Below the pieces are notes generated by a model. It had not been told where the DNA came from, searched no databases, and was given only the letters and a program-made list of their open reading frames with translations. Positions 10,317 to 19,325 of a DNA stretch of 64,000 nucleotides are shown here, piece by piece. This DNA comes from Treponema sp. (GTDB lineage: Bacteria > Spirochaetota > Spirochaetia > Treponematales > Breznakiellaceae). The stretch lies in contig WQSW01000003.1 in assembly GCA_009787695.1 (NCBI GenBank), positions 6,703-70,702 of the forward strand. Reading direction: 5' to 3'. Every line of letters begins with the position of its first letter. Position 1 is the first letter of the stretch. Made by a program: the position numbers and the translations under genes.

Positions 10317-10985
10317 ATGAAAGATGTACAAACGGAGTTTGCACAGTTGAATCAATTTACACAAACAGGATTTGTAAAAGCAGGGAAAATCACATTGCTT
10401 TTAGGACCGATGTTTTCAGGTAAAAGTTCGCTTTTATTAAATGAAATTGACAAAGCGACAATAGCAAAAATTCCATGTTGTATTGTAAGACCTAAAACAG
10501 ATACAAGAGAATTTTTTACTCATTCAAAATGGGAATACCGCTCGTTTGACAGTTATAATGTTGCCGATTTAAAAGATGTTCCGGCTGCACAATATGATGT
10601 TATTTGTATAGATGAAGGTCAGTTTTTTGACAGTTTGCTGCAAAGTATTGAATGGGTAAAAATGGGTAAAAGAGTTTTTATTTCCGCATTAAATGGAGAC
10701 AGGCATCAAACTGAATGGAAGGCGACACAAGAAATGATTCCGTTAGTTGACGAGATTGTTTTTCTTAAAGCTGTGTGTTCAAAATGCGGTTCGTATGAAG
10801 CGGCATTTTCTTACAAAGTAAACGATACCAGTGCAGATCAGGTTGATATAGGCGGAAGCGCAGAAAGTTTTATCGCTCTTTGCAGAGATTGTTTGCAAAT
10901 TGAAAATGCAAAAAGAGAAAGTGAACGCAATCAGTATCAATTTGAAGATTTTTCAAATGTTGCTTGTGCACAAACGGAAAAATAA
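10317..10985 (+). CDS. tdk: thymidine kinase
   Basis: 222 aa. P-loop GPMFSGKSS, Walker B IDEGQFF, and a C-terminal zinc-binding pair CSKCG..CRDC. Has a ~30-aa C-terminal tail. Confidence 0.9.
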   Translation: MKDVQTEFAQLNQFTQTGFVKAGKITLLLGPMFSGKSSLLLNEIDKATIAKIPCCIVRPKTDTREFFTHSKWEYRSFDSYNVADLKDVPAAQYDVICIDEGQFFDSLLQSIEWVKMGKRVFISALNGDRHQTEWKATQEMIPLVDEIVFLKAVCSKCGSYEAAFSYKVNDTSADQVDIGGSAESFIALCRDCLQIENAKRESERNQYQFEDFSNVACAQTEK

Positions 10986-10995
10986 TTTTCTTATT

Positions 10996-13866
10996 TCATT
11001 TAACGTAAAAACTTTCCTGCGGTCCCAAGTACGATTTTAAAAGCTTCCTGCCTTCTTTGTAAATTAAAATACGTTCGACAATAAGCCCTGCTTCCATTGC
11101 GCCTATGGAAATCTCCTGAATTCCTTGTTCAAATATAAAAGAAGTTTTGTTTATTCGAATATTGTTTAGTACACCGTTACACCAATTAACATCGAAACAA
11201 TTTCCTGCATGGTAATCCAACGGCACTGATATAATCTGAGAATAATCATTTTTATGAAGAACCGTAAAACGCAGAGGACGGTTGGGTTGGACAGAATTTG
11301 TAGGAGTTGTCCATATTTCAACATTATATTTTCCTGTCTCTTCTATTAAAAAACGATAAGTTAAAAAAGGCATTTCATTATTATTAAGATGATTTAAAGT
11401 AGTTGGAAAAACTTTCATTCCGTTTGTTGCAGGGCTTCTTCCGTAATTATGAAGTTCTAAAAAGCCGGCTGTAACATTCCCGTGCTGAACATCTTTTTTA
11501 CCGCAATAATGATGCGCTTCAATTGCAATCACACCGTTATTTTCCAAAAATGTCATGGGCGGCAGGTTTTCTGTGTTTGTATTTTTTGCTTTTATTTCTG
11601 CCGCTACTGTTGTTGTTCCGTCTTTAATTAATAGATGCGCTATTACTAAAGATGTATTATTTAATTTTTCTTTATTAAAACGAATCGTAACCTCTTCCTG
11701 ATATTCCACCGTTCCTCTTATCGGAGAAATTTCAAGCCAGTCATAATGTTCTTCAGTTTCGATAATATAATTTAAACTGCCTATTCCGTCGTTTGCAATT
11801 TCTAAAATGACTTGTGTATTTCTTGCATAAAGGAAATCAGAGATGTCAACGGTCATGGGTCTTCCGTAATTTTTAGTGTATATTTCTTCTCTGTCTTTGC
11901 GCGAAACAATCATGCGCGGATGATTTACAGGCTCAACTTGTATTCGCAGCGGATACCGGCAATTATCTTCATTCCATTTTGTAAAACCTATATGCTGTGC
12001 AAGTTCCATGCCTTTCCATTTACCGTTTTTAAATAATGCAAATTCTTCAGATAACGCCCGGTCTTTTTCCATACATTCTGTTACAAGTGCCGCATATTTA
12101 TTTGCAATTTTTTTCCCTTGATTTGCAAAATGCCTGTTCTTCCCTGCATACAAGTGCATTCTAATAAGATTAATACTTATCTTTGCCGGAAAGTATATCA
12201 TGCTGTAATATGCATCTCTGAAGAAACGCGCATCTTTTTCGTTATGCGAAATACCGGAAAAAACTTCTTCGTTTAATTTTTCGATATCATTTGCAAGATT
12301 TAACATTCTGTCTGCTTCAAGGTAATGGCATGGATGGTAAATTTCAAGGTTAAGCGCTTCGGGGCGGCGCATTGCATTCATTTTTATATATTTATGAAGA
12401 ACGCTTGCCATTTTTTCGCGGATTTCTGTATTAACAGCGGGGAAAGTTTTTTCCAGCCACATTGAAATATAACGATCAATACTGTTAGGTGAATTTGTTC
12501 CCCATTTTTCAAAATCATATGCAAGTTCCATAAAATAAGTAAGAGGTATTTCGTTAAATTTTAAGTCGCCGGCGTTGACAATCCAAACATCTTTAATCCC
12601 GTAATCATAAGCCATGCACATTTGTTCCCATGTTTTTTCAAAAGCCGCAGAAGGCATCCATTCATAAGAAACAGGTCCGCCGTGATAATCAAAGTGATAA
12701 TACATTCCAAAGCCGCTCTTGCGGTTACGAATATTTTCTGCCGGTAAAGTCCTAATAAAACCGAAATTATCTTCGCATAACATGAAAATAACATCATCAA
12801 GCTCATTCCAATTTATTAGTCCTTCTGCATTATCATCGCCGTAAAAATATTCTTCTACTTCTTTGTATAATGCAAGCATCTGCGTTGTGTTAACATCAAT
12901 ATGTTTTTTTATTAGCTCACGTTGGTTTTTAATTATATCTTTTAACAGATCGATATTTTCTTTGAGCGATGCATTGCTGCCGAGCATTGAACTGTCATGT
13001 TCTCCGCGCATACCGATTGTTATGATCTTCTCGTATTTGCCGCTTCTTTTAAGCGATTCTTCCCAATATTTAATAAGACCTTTTTTATTAGTGTAAAAAT
13101 TCCAGTCGTTTCCGTATTCGGATTCCGGTCCTTTAACCAAATTCCATTCTTCACTTGCACGCAGACAAGGTTCATGATGAGAATTACCGATTACAACTCC
13201 GTAAATGTCGGCTAACTCTTCGCTAAGCTGTCCCGGTCCGTCAAGAGGAAAAGAAGATGACCACATCGCAGGCCAGAGGTAATTGCCTTTTAAACGCAAT
13301 AAAAGTTCAAAAACATGGTCATACATTTCTGCAGTAAAGCCGTTGAAATGTTCAAATGTCCAGTTCCCGAAGCAGGGCCATTCATCATTAATAAAAAAGC
13401 CGCGGTATTTTATGCTCGGTTCTTTTGAAACAGTTTCGATATTTTCTGTTATTTCGATTTTTTCTTTGCGGACGGGAACTGCATCGCCCCAATAATGCAG
13501 AGGCGAAACGCCTATGAATTCCGATAATGCAAACATACCGTAAATTGTTCCGCGCTTATCGCTTCCGCATATCAATAAAATTTTAGATGTATGCTGTGCG
13601 CTGTCTTTTATCAGCTTGATTTGATAAACTTCTCTCTTTCCGCTAATCTGTGCCGGATCGAATTTATTTTCTTTTATTAACTTATCTGTGATTGGACTTT
13701 TGCCTAATGTTGCAAAAATAATGGAAATTTCAGCATCGGATAAAAGCGATTCTGTTATATCAGGAAATACACCTATAACCTTTTCAAAGTCTGATGCAAC
13801 TTTTTTTGCAATTCTTTTAACGCCTTCAAATGCTTCCGTTTCGATTGTAAAACTAAATTTGTTCAT
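10996..13866 (-). CDS. glycoside hydrolase family 115-like protein (alpha-glucuronidase type)
   Basis: 956 aa. Size and the YRGFFINDEWPCFGNW / GNSHHEP / GMRGEHD motifs resemble GH115 catalytic TIM-barrel proteins. No signal peptide is evident. Confidence 0.6.
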   Translation of the reverse strand: MNKFSFTIETEAFEGVKRIAKKVASDFEKVIGVFPDITESLLSDAEISIIFATLGKSPITDKLIKENKFDPAQISGKREVYQIKLIKDSAQHTSKILLICGSDKRGTIYGMFALSEFIGVSPLHYWGDAVPVRKEKIEITENIETVSKEPSIKYRGFFINDEWPCFGNWTFEHFNGFTAEMYDHVFELLLRLKGNYLWPAMWSSSFPLDGPGQLSEELADIYGVVIGNSHHEPCLRASEEWNLVKGPESEYGNDWNFYTNKKGLIKYWEESLKRSGKYEKIITIGMRGEHDSSMLGSNASLKENIDLLKDIIKNQRELIKKHIDVNTTQMLALYKEVEEYFYGDDNAEGLINWNELDDVIFMLCEDNFGFIRTLPAENIRNRKSGFGMYYHFDYHGGPVSYEWMPSAAFEKTWEQMCMAYDYGIKDVWIVNAGDLKFNEIPLTYFMELAYDFEKWGTNSPNSIDRYISMWLEKTFPAVNTEIREKMASVLHKYIKMNAMRRPEALNLEIYHPCHYLEADRMLNLANDIEKLNEEVFSGISHNEKDARFFRDAYYSMIYFPAKISINLIRMHLYAGKNRHFANQGKKIANKYAALVTECMEKDRALSEEFALFKNGKWKGMELAQHIGFTKWNEDNCRYPLRIQVEPVNHPRMIVSRKDREEIYTKNYGRPMTVDISDFLYARNTQVILEIANDGIGSLNYIIETEEHYDWLEISPIRGTVEYQEEVTIRFNKEKLNNTSLVIAHLLIKDGTTTVAAEIKAKNTNTENLPPMTFLENNGVIAIEAHHYCGKKDVQHGNVTAGFLELHNYGRSPATNGMKVFPTTLNHLNNNEMPFLTYRFLIEETGKYNVEIWTTPTNSVQPNRPLRFTVLHKNDYSQIISVPLDYHAGNCFDVNWCNGVLNNIRINKTSFIFEQGIQEISIGAMEAGLIVERILIYKEGRKLLKSYLGPQESFYVK

Positions 13867-13996
13867 GTTTTTCCCTTATGTGCATTATATATGAAAAATA
13901 AAAATATACCAATAGAGACAATTCCATACCATAATAAAATGTTTACAAAATATATAAAGTAATTGTATACTAATATATAATAACAGGAGAGAGATT

Positions 13997-14713
13997 ATGA
14001 TAGTAGATATTCAATCGGTCAATGATCCCGAATCTTTGTATAATATAGGTAATGCGGCAGGAATGATTAATAATTTTGCAGATGCGTTTGATTGTTACCT
14101 GAAGTCGGCAAGAACCGGATATGCTCCCGCTCAATGCAGTTTGGCTTTTTGTTACGAGAAAGGTCATGGAGTCCCCCAGAATTTCACCAAAGCTGTTGAA
14201 TATTACCAGAAATCGGCAGATCAGGGATATCTCCCGGCTGTATGCAATTTGGGGTGGTGCTATGAAAGCGGTTTCGGTGTAGAGCAGGATATGGACAAAG
14301 CTTTTGAATATTACAACAAGGCGGCAGATCAAGGATATCCCCCCGCTCAAGGCAATCTTGGATTTTGTTACGGAAACGGTAATGGCGTTGCAAAAGACCT
14401 TGATTTAGCTTTTAATTGGTACAGGAAAGCGGCAATTAAAGGGAACGCTTTTGCACAATACAATCTTGGTGAATGTTATGAACACGGCAAAGGGGTAGAT
14501 GCGGATATCGGCAAAGCGGTGGAATGGTACAGAAAATCAGCAGAACATGGATATGCCCCTGCTCAGAATAGTTTAGGTGCATGTTATGAAAAAGGTATCG
14601 GTGTCACTAAAAATTTATTAAAAGCACATGAATGGTATAATTATGCCGCAGTTCAGGGACATCTTCTTGCAAAGAAGAATATTGAGATTTTAAGGAAGCA
14701 AGGAGCGAATTAA
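13997..14713 (+). CDS. Sel1-repeat (TPR-like) protein
   Basis: 238 aa made of about six 36-aa Sel1 repeats. The recurring pattern is A..(W/Y)Y.K(A/S)A.QGY.PAQ..LG.CYE.G.GV..D..KA. Confidence 0.9.
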   Translation: MIVDIQSVNDPESLYNIGNAAGMINNFADAFDCYLKSARTGYAPAQCSLAFCYEKGHGVPQNFTKAVEYYQKSADQGYLPAVCNLGWCYESGFGVEQDMDKAFEYYNKAADQGYPPAQGNLGFCYGNGNGVAKDLDLAFNWYRKAAIKGNAFAQYNLGECYEHGKGVDADIGKAVEWYRKSAEHGYAPAQNSLGACYEKGIGVTKNLLKAHEWYNYAAVQGHLLAKKNIEILRKQGAN

Positions 14714-14719
14714 CGTTCA

Positions 14720-15055
14720 CTATAAAATTTTTAATCCCATTTCTTTCATAAATTCATCGCTGTTTATTATCTTATTTTCTTCTAAAACTATATTCTCGTA
14801 ACTCTTAAATAATTTTCTTAGTAACTTAATTTTTGCTTTTGAATCTTCTGAATACGGAGATTGCGGATACCCTTCTATTACTTTATTAAAATAAAATTCC
14901 GCTAAATTAAACGATAATAATATTAAATTCAGTTCATGTTCTAATTCGTTATAAGCTTTTGTTTTAAAAGTCGAATCTGAGTTTCGTTTATAGAATTTGT
15001 TTGGATGAATATTTCTGTAATATTTGATACCTAATTTGTAATATTCATAATCCAT
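14720..15055 (-). CDS. hypothetical protein (possible single TPR-like helical hairpin)
   Basis: 111-aa ORF convergent with the Sel1 gene and 6 bp from it. AT-rich, with no recognisable catalytic motif. YPQSPYSEDSKAK resembles the helix caps of YbgF/BamD-type TPRs. Confidence 0.45.
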   Translation of the reverse strand: MDYEYYKLGIKYYRNIHPNKFYKRNSDSTFKTKAYNELEHELNLILLSFNLAEFYFNKVIEGYPQSPYSEDSKAKIKLLRKLFKSYENIVLEENKIINSDEFMKEMGLKIL

Positions 15056-15271
15056 ATATGATAGCTTACCGCAGATACCGCTGATTCTTCAAGTTATAAG
15101 TAATCTAAAAGGCTGTTTTCTGCTGTTTTCTTTGCTTTTTTTACGTTAAATCAGGTTATCTTCTTATTTCTGTACGAAAATTTTTTTCTATACAAGCAGC
15201 TTTTTATAATTTACAATGAAAAGAAGTTAATATAATGAATTATATTAGAAAATTAAGAAGGAGTGTTAAAA

Positions 15272-16228
15272 ATGAAACACGAACAAAAAGTATGGACGCT
15301 TATCGCCATACTCACAATCATTGGATTTACAGCAGGTATTTTTGCAGCATGCGTCAGCACAAAACCCCAAGAAAATCCAAATGCCGGTCCCGGATTATCG
15401 GTTGTAATCCCGGAAATATTCAGCCCTAGTCCTGATATTGAGAATGACAAAATGACAATTGCGATCAACATCAATCATCCTGTCGATATAAAGGATTGGA
15501 ATATTGTGATTCAGCCGGTACGTCAGGGATCAGCTCAGCGGCAGACGGCAGCAGCAGGAGAACCAGCCGCACCGCGTCAAACTGCTGCAGCACAGACCGG
15601 AGAACAAGCCGCACAGGGAGAACGCCGCCAAAGAGCGCCTTTCTTTGAACAGAGCGGTACAGGAAATCCGCCTGCGCAATGGCAATGGGACGGCAAAAGC
15701 ACACGCCCCTCAGGCGAAATGGTTCAGTCCGCTACCGATTATAGGTTTGTATTAACAGTCAATGATATTTTTGATAATAATGCAGAATTCGAAGGTGTAA
15801 TCAGCGTGGATGTTCTTGTAAGAAGGGAAGGAGATAATCTTCGTATTATTGTTCCGTCAATTATATTTCCCGGCGATTCGAGCGACTTAACCCGCGTATC
15901 AGAAGATGAACAAAGATCAAACAGAAGAGTTTTAAGATCGATTGCTAACGCATTAACTAAATATCCGGATTATAGAATTACTATCGAAGGTCATGCAAAT
16001 CCGCTTTCCGCTGCCGGAACTCCGGAATGGACAAGGCAGGAAACTACTCTTCGCCCGCTCAGCGAAGCACGTGCAAGGGCTGTCGGTGAATACCTTATAA
16101 CAAATCACAATATTGTAAGAACAAGATTTAGTTATACAGGCATGGGTACTTCAAAACCGGTCGCTGATTTTAATGACGATGAAGAACAATGGAAAAACCG
16201 CCGTGTTGAATTTATTCTTGTAAAATAA
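15272..16228 (+). CDS. OmpA-family lipoprotein (C-terminal OmpA peptidoglycan-binding domain)
   Basis: The start at 15272 is preceded by AAGGAG. Signal peptide with lipobox IFAAC. C-terminal OmpA_C motifs (ITIEGHANP.., LSEARARAV, NRRVEFILVK). Contains an internal Ala/Gln/Arg-rich low-complexity insert. Confidence 0.85.
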   Translation: MKHEQKVWTLIAILTIIGFTAGIFAACVSTKPQENPNAGPGLSVVIPEIFSPSPDIENDKMTIAININHPVDIKDWNIVIQPVRQGSAQRQTAAAGEPAAPRQTAAAQTGEQAAQGERRQRAPFFEQSGTGNPPAQWQWDGKSTRPSGEMVQSATDYRFVLTVNDIFDNNAEFEGVISVDVLVRREGDNLRIIVPSIIFPGDSSDLTRVSEDEQRSNRRVLRSIANALTKYPDYRITIEGHANPLSAAGTPEWTRQETTLRPLSEARARAVGEYLITNHNIVRTRFSYTGMGTSKPVADFNDDEEQWKNRRVEFILVK

Positions 16229-16251
16229 TTTCTTTTATTTTTGATTTTTAA

Positions 16252-16280
16252 AGCTGTCTGAATTTTCAGGCAGCTTTTTT
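16252..16280 (+). terminator. rho-independent terminator of the OmpA-family gene
   Basis: 9-bp stem AGCTGTCTG/CAGGCAGCT with loop aatttt, followed by T6. Confidence 0.7.
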
Positions 16281-16395
16281 ATTTTTTATAACAATGATTA
16301 TTATATTAATTCCTAATTAAATTGTAATCACCGATTCACAGGCGCATGGGAAGTAATGACAGTCCCTGTTGAAATAGCATATTGATGACATAGGT

Positions 16396-17484
16396 TCACT
16401 TCAACACATAATGAGTGCTTCTTCCGCTCCCTTTAACTTCAAGAAAACCTTTATCAGAAAGATCTTTTAAATACCGGGCAGCGGTATCTTGCGATATTTT
16501 AAATATTTTTGCTGCCTTACCGGAAGACATATTTCCTATAAAACCGTTAAATAAACGATTGATTATTTCTTGCTGGATTTTATTTGTAATAACAAGCGCA
16601 TTCTTCTGCCAAAAGGAAGCTTTTTTTATTACATTGCCTGCTATCTCTTCGCTTGCTTCTATACTTCTGCAAAGACAGGTAAAAAACCAAACAAGCCATT
16701 CTGTAATATCAAGGCTGCCGGTTGTTGTTAGTTCTAAAACTCTGTAATATTCTTTTTTTTCATTTTGAATTTGTGATGACATTGAATAAAAACGCAATGA
16801 TGTATTTTCGCTTCGTGCAAGAAGCATCTCGGTTATAATGCGTGTTATACGTCCGTTACCGTCATCGAACGGATGAATAATAACAAACCAAAGATGAGCA
16901 ATTGCCGCTTTAAGAAGCGGGTTTTCGTTATTCTCTTTATTTATCCAATTAAAAAATTCTGTCATTTGCTCGGATACTTTTTCCGGAGAAGGAGCTTCGT
17001 AATGTATAATATCATGAGTGTATTTACGTGATACAACCTGCATTTCACCTTCGCGGAATTTTCCGGTACGTATTTTTTGTATTCCGCTGTAACCTGTCGG
17101 AAATAATGATGCATGCCATCCGAATAATCTTGTTTTTGTAAGCGGCTTATTATAATTTTTTACCGCATCCATCAGCGCTTCTACTATGCCGTCTATGTGA
17201 CGTGAAGATGTAATTTCTTTTTCCAGATTTATATCAAGCCGCTTTGCAAGTGACGATCTTACTTGTTCAGAGTTTAGTATTTCACCTTCTATTTCGCTGG
17301 ATTTAGTTATTTCTTCGGTAAGCGCATTAAGCATAGCCTCTTTTTGATCGCCGAAACCAAGTTGCTGCATTTTTCCCAGAACCTTGCCTTGCAGAATTGA
17401 TATATGAGTTAAAAGGTTTATTATCACAGACTTATCCCATGTAAAATTAGGGTATTTCTTATGTTGATGAATGTACTTAGCCAT
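16396..17484 (-). CDS. Fic family protein (AMPylase-type) with N-terminal inhibitory motif and C-terminal winged-HTH
   Basis: 362 aa. Canonical Fic motif HPFDDGNGRITR. An (S/T)xxxE(G/N) inhibitory-helix-like motif SSEIEG in the N-terminal region. C-terminal AAKIFKISQDTAARYLKDLSDKGFLE is wHTH-like. AAGGAG RBS. Confidence 0.9.
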   Translation of the reverse strand: MAKYIHQHKKYPNFTWDKSVIINLLTHISILQGKVLGKMQQLGFGDQKEAMLNALTEEITKSSEIEGEILNSEQVRSSLAKRLDINLEKEITSSRHIDGIVEALMDAVKNYNKPLTKTRLFGWHASLFPTGYSGIQKIRTGKFREGEMQVVSRKYTHDIIHYEAPSPEKVSEQMTEFFNWINKENNENPLLKAAIAHLWFVIIHPFDDGNGRITRIITEMLLARSENTSLRFYSMSSQIQNEKKEYYRVLELTTTGSLDITEWLVWFFTCLCRSIEASEEIAGNVIKKASFWQKNALVITNKIQQEIINRLFNGFIGNMSSGKAAKIFKISQDTAARYLKDLSDKGFLEVKGSGRSTHYVLK

Positions 17485-17499
17485 TTATAACTCCTTTTT

Positions 17500-17596
17500 T
17501 GCGGAGATTACATCAGTTTTTCTCCGCATTTTATGCGGATATTAATCAGCCTAATCTCCGCAATACTTGCGGAGATTATACCAGTTTTTCTCCGCA
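17500..17596. repeat. three 29-bp dyad-symmetric direct repeats with exact 34-bp phasing (TGCGGAGA-N13-TCTCCGCA)
   Basis: Unit 1, 17500-17528: TGCGGAGATTACATCAGTTTTTCTCCGCA. Unit 2, 17534-17562: TGCGGATATTAATCAGCCTAATCTCCGCA. Unit 3, 17568-17596: TGCGGAGATTATACCAGTTTTTCTCCGCA. A degenerate fourth copy begins at about 17605. Confidence 0.9.
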
Positions 17597-17603
17597 AAGT
17601 CAA
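17575..17603 (-). promoter_or_regulatory. predicted sigma70-type promoter of fic, embedded in repeat unit 3
   Basis: The minus strand reads TTGACT (17603-17598), a 17-nt spacer, then TATAAT (17580-17575). The -10 lies inside the loop of unit 3. Confidence 0.55.
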
Positions 17604-17669
17604 ATGCGGTAATTGTCTTGTTTTTCTGACTTCCCGCTAATTCTCCCATCATTTAAAGAAATACAAAAT

Positions 17670-17698
17670 TTGCCAATAGTATGTTATCATTATATAAT
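17670..17698 (+). promoter_or_regulatory. predicted sigma70-type promoter of the DUF853/HerA-like ATPase gene
   Basis: TTGCCA (17670-17675), a 17-nt spacer, TATAAT (17693-17698), then AAAGGAG RBS and the ATG at 17721. Confidence 0.55.
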
Positions 17699-17720
17699 AA
17701 ACAGATTAAAAGGAGATTTT

Positions 17721-19235
17721 ATGAGTAAGCCGTTATGTATTGCAAAAAATACTGATTTGGAAGATGTCGTTATACTGCCTGAAATGTTAAACCGTCACGG
17801 TCTTATAACAGGTGCTACAGGAACAGGTAAAACTGTAACTCTCCAAAAGATGGCGGAGTCTTTTTCTTCCGCAGGGATTCCTGTGTTTGTAGCTGATGTT
17901 AAAGGGGATTTATCCGGTGTTGCGATGCCTGCTGAACCCAGCGAGAAACTCAGTATAAGGCTTGCAAAAATCGGTGTGTCTGATTGGAAGCCGCAAGGAA
18001 ACCCGGCTGTTTTTTGGGATGTTTTCGGCGAAAAGGGTCATCCAATCCGCGCTACTATTTCCGATATGGGTCCCATGCTCCTGTCACGCCTTTTAAATTT
18101 AACCGATGTACAATCAGGTGTATTGCAGATAATTTTTAAAATTGCAGATGATAACGATATGCTTTTGCTCGACATGAAAGATTTACGCGCAATGACTCAA
18201 TATGTCGCAGATCATGCAAATGATTTTAAAACAAAATACGGTACTATAACCACAGCTTCCGCAGGAGCGATTCAACGCGGTTTGCTGACGCTTGACGAAC
18301 AAGGCGCTTCCAATTTCTTCGGCGAGCCGATGATCAACATAATGGATTTTATCCGAACTGACGCTTCAGGAAAAGGCGTTATAAATATTCTTGCAGCGGA
18401 TAAACTTTATAATATGCCCAAGTTATACGCAATAACGCTTTTATGGATGCTGTCAGAACTTTTTGAAGTTATGCCGGAAATCGGAGATATGCCGCAGCCA
18501 AAACTTGTTTTCTTTTTTGATGAAGCTCATCTCCTTTTTGCCGATTCCCCTCCTGTGCTGCTTGAGAAAATCGAAAGAGTTGTGCGCTTGATACGCTCTA
18601 AAGGAGTGGGTATATATTTTGTTACGCAAAACCCGCTTGATGTTCCGGATAAAGTGTTAGGTCAGCTTGGCAACAGGGTGCAGCATGCGTTACGTGCATT
18701 TACACCAAGAGATCAAAAAGCCGTAAAAACTGCGGCGCAAACAATGAGGGCGAATCCCGCTTTTAATACCGAGCAGGCAATTCAGGAATTAGGCACGGGC
18801 GAAGCGCTTATCTCTTTTCTTGACGAGAAGGGCAGTCCGTCCATCGTCCAAAAATGTTCGGTAATTGCTCCGGGATCAAGACTTGGACCTGTCACATCCT
18901 CCGAACAGGATGTTTTATTAAAACAATCTATTTTTTACGGAAGATACGAAAAAGCTATTGACAGGGAATCTGCATATGAGCTGCTGACACAACGGGCAGA
19001 GAAAGGCGTCGCAAGTACGGCAAAACCCGCTGCCGCTAAGACAACAACAAAAGCTCCGGCACAACCCGCTCAAAAAGGAATAGGACAGGAAATGAAAGAG
19101 TTTGTTTTTGGTTCAACAGGACCGAGAGGCGGAAAGCGTGACGGAGTGCTGCAAACTGCCGCCAAATCCGCTGCGCGGACTGCCGGTACCAGTATTGCTC
19201 GCGGGTTGTTGGGCAGTTTAACCGGGAAGAAATGA
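17721..19235 (+). CDS. HerA-like P-loop ATPase (DUF853/YjgR family)
   Basis: I chose the start at 17721 (MSKPLCIAK) because it has a good RBS; the ORF-track start at 17613 lies upstream of the predicted promoter. Walker A GATGTGKT, Walker [10 protein letters not shown]. Ala/Lys/Thr-rich basic C-terminal tail as in YjgR-type proteins. Confidence 0.8.
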   Translation: MSKPLCIAKNTDLEDVVILPEMLNRHGLITGATGTGKTVTLQKMAESFSSAGIPVFVADVKGDLSGVAMPAEPSEKLSIRLAKIGVSDWKPQGNPAVFWDVFGEKGHPIRATISDMGPMLLSRLLNLTDVQSGVLQIIFKIADDNDMLLLDMKDLRAMTQYVADHANDFKTKYGTITTASAGAIQRGLLTLDEQGASNFFGEPMINIMDFIRTDASGKGVINILAADKLYNMPKLYAITLLWMLSELFEVMPEIGDMPQPKLVFFFDEAHLLFADSPPVLLEKIERVVRLIRSKGVGIYFVTQNPLDVPDKVLGQLGNRVQHALRAFTPRDQKAVKTAAQTMRANPAFNTEQAIQELGTGEALISFLDEKGSPSIVQKCSVIAPGSRLGPVTSSEQDVLLKQSIFYGRYEKAIDRESAYELLTQRAEKGVASTAKPAAAKTTTKAPAQPAQKGIGQEMKEFVFGSTGPRGGKRDGVLQTAAKSAARTAGTSIARGLLGSLTGKK

Positions 19236-19291
19236 AGGTTTTCTAAGATACTTTCTAAAGCGGTGTTGCACTGAATTTTTAAAAATAAAAA

Positions 19292-19318
19292 GGGGAAGCC
19301 TATCAATCGGGCTTCCCC
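19292..19318. terminator. bidirectional terminator hairpin between convergent genes
   Basis: 9-bp GC-rich stem GGGGAAGCC/GGCTTCCCC. An A-rich run upstream gives a U-tract for the minus-strand gene. The downstream side has only a weak T-tract. Confidence 0.65.
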
Positions 19319-19325
19319 CATTAAT

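Noticed and set aside
17500-17640. Regularly spaced 29-bp repeats that superficially resemble a mini CRISPR array
   Set aside because: The 'spacers' are only 5 bp, there are just 3-4 units, no cas genes are nearby, and the units overlap a promoter and leader. I treat this as a regulatory repeat, not a CRISPR array.
17613-17720. N-terminal extension of the DUF853 ORF ([14 protein letters not shown]...)
   Set aside because: The extension begins at a non-ATG codon, lies upstream of and across the predicted TTGCCA-17-TATAAT promoter, and lacks an RBS. The ATG at 17721 has AAAGGAG at ideal spacing.
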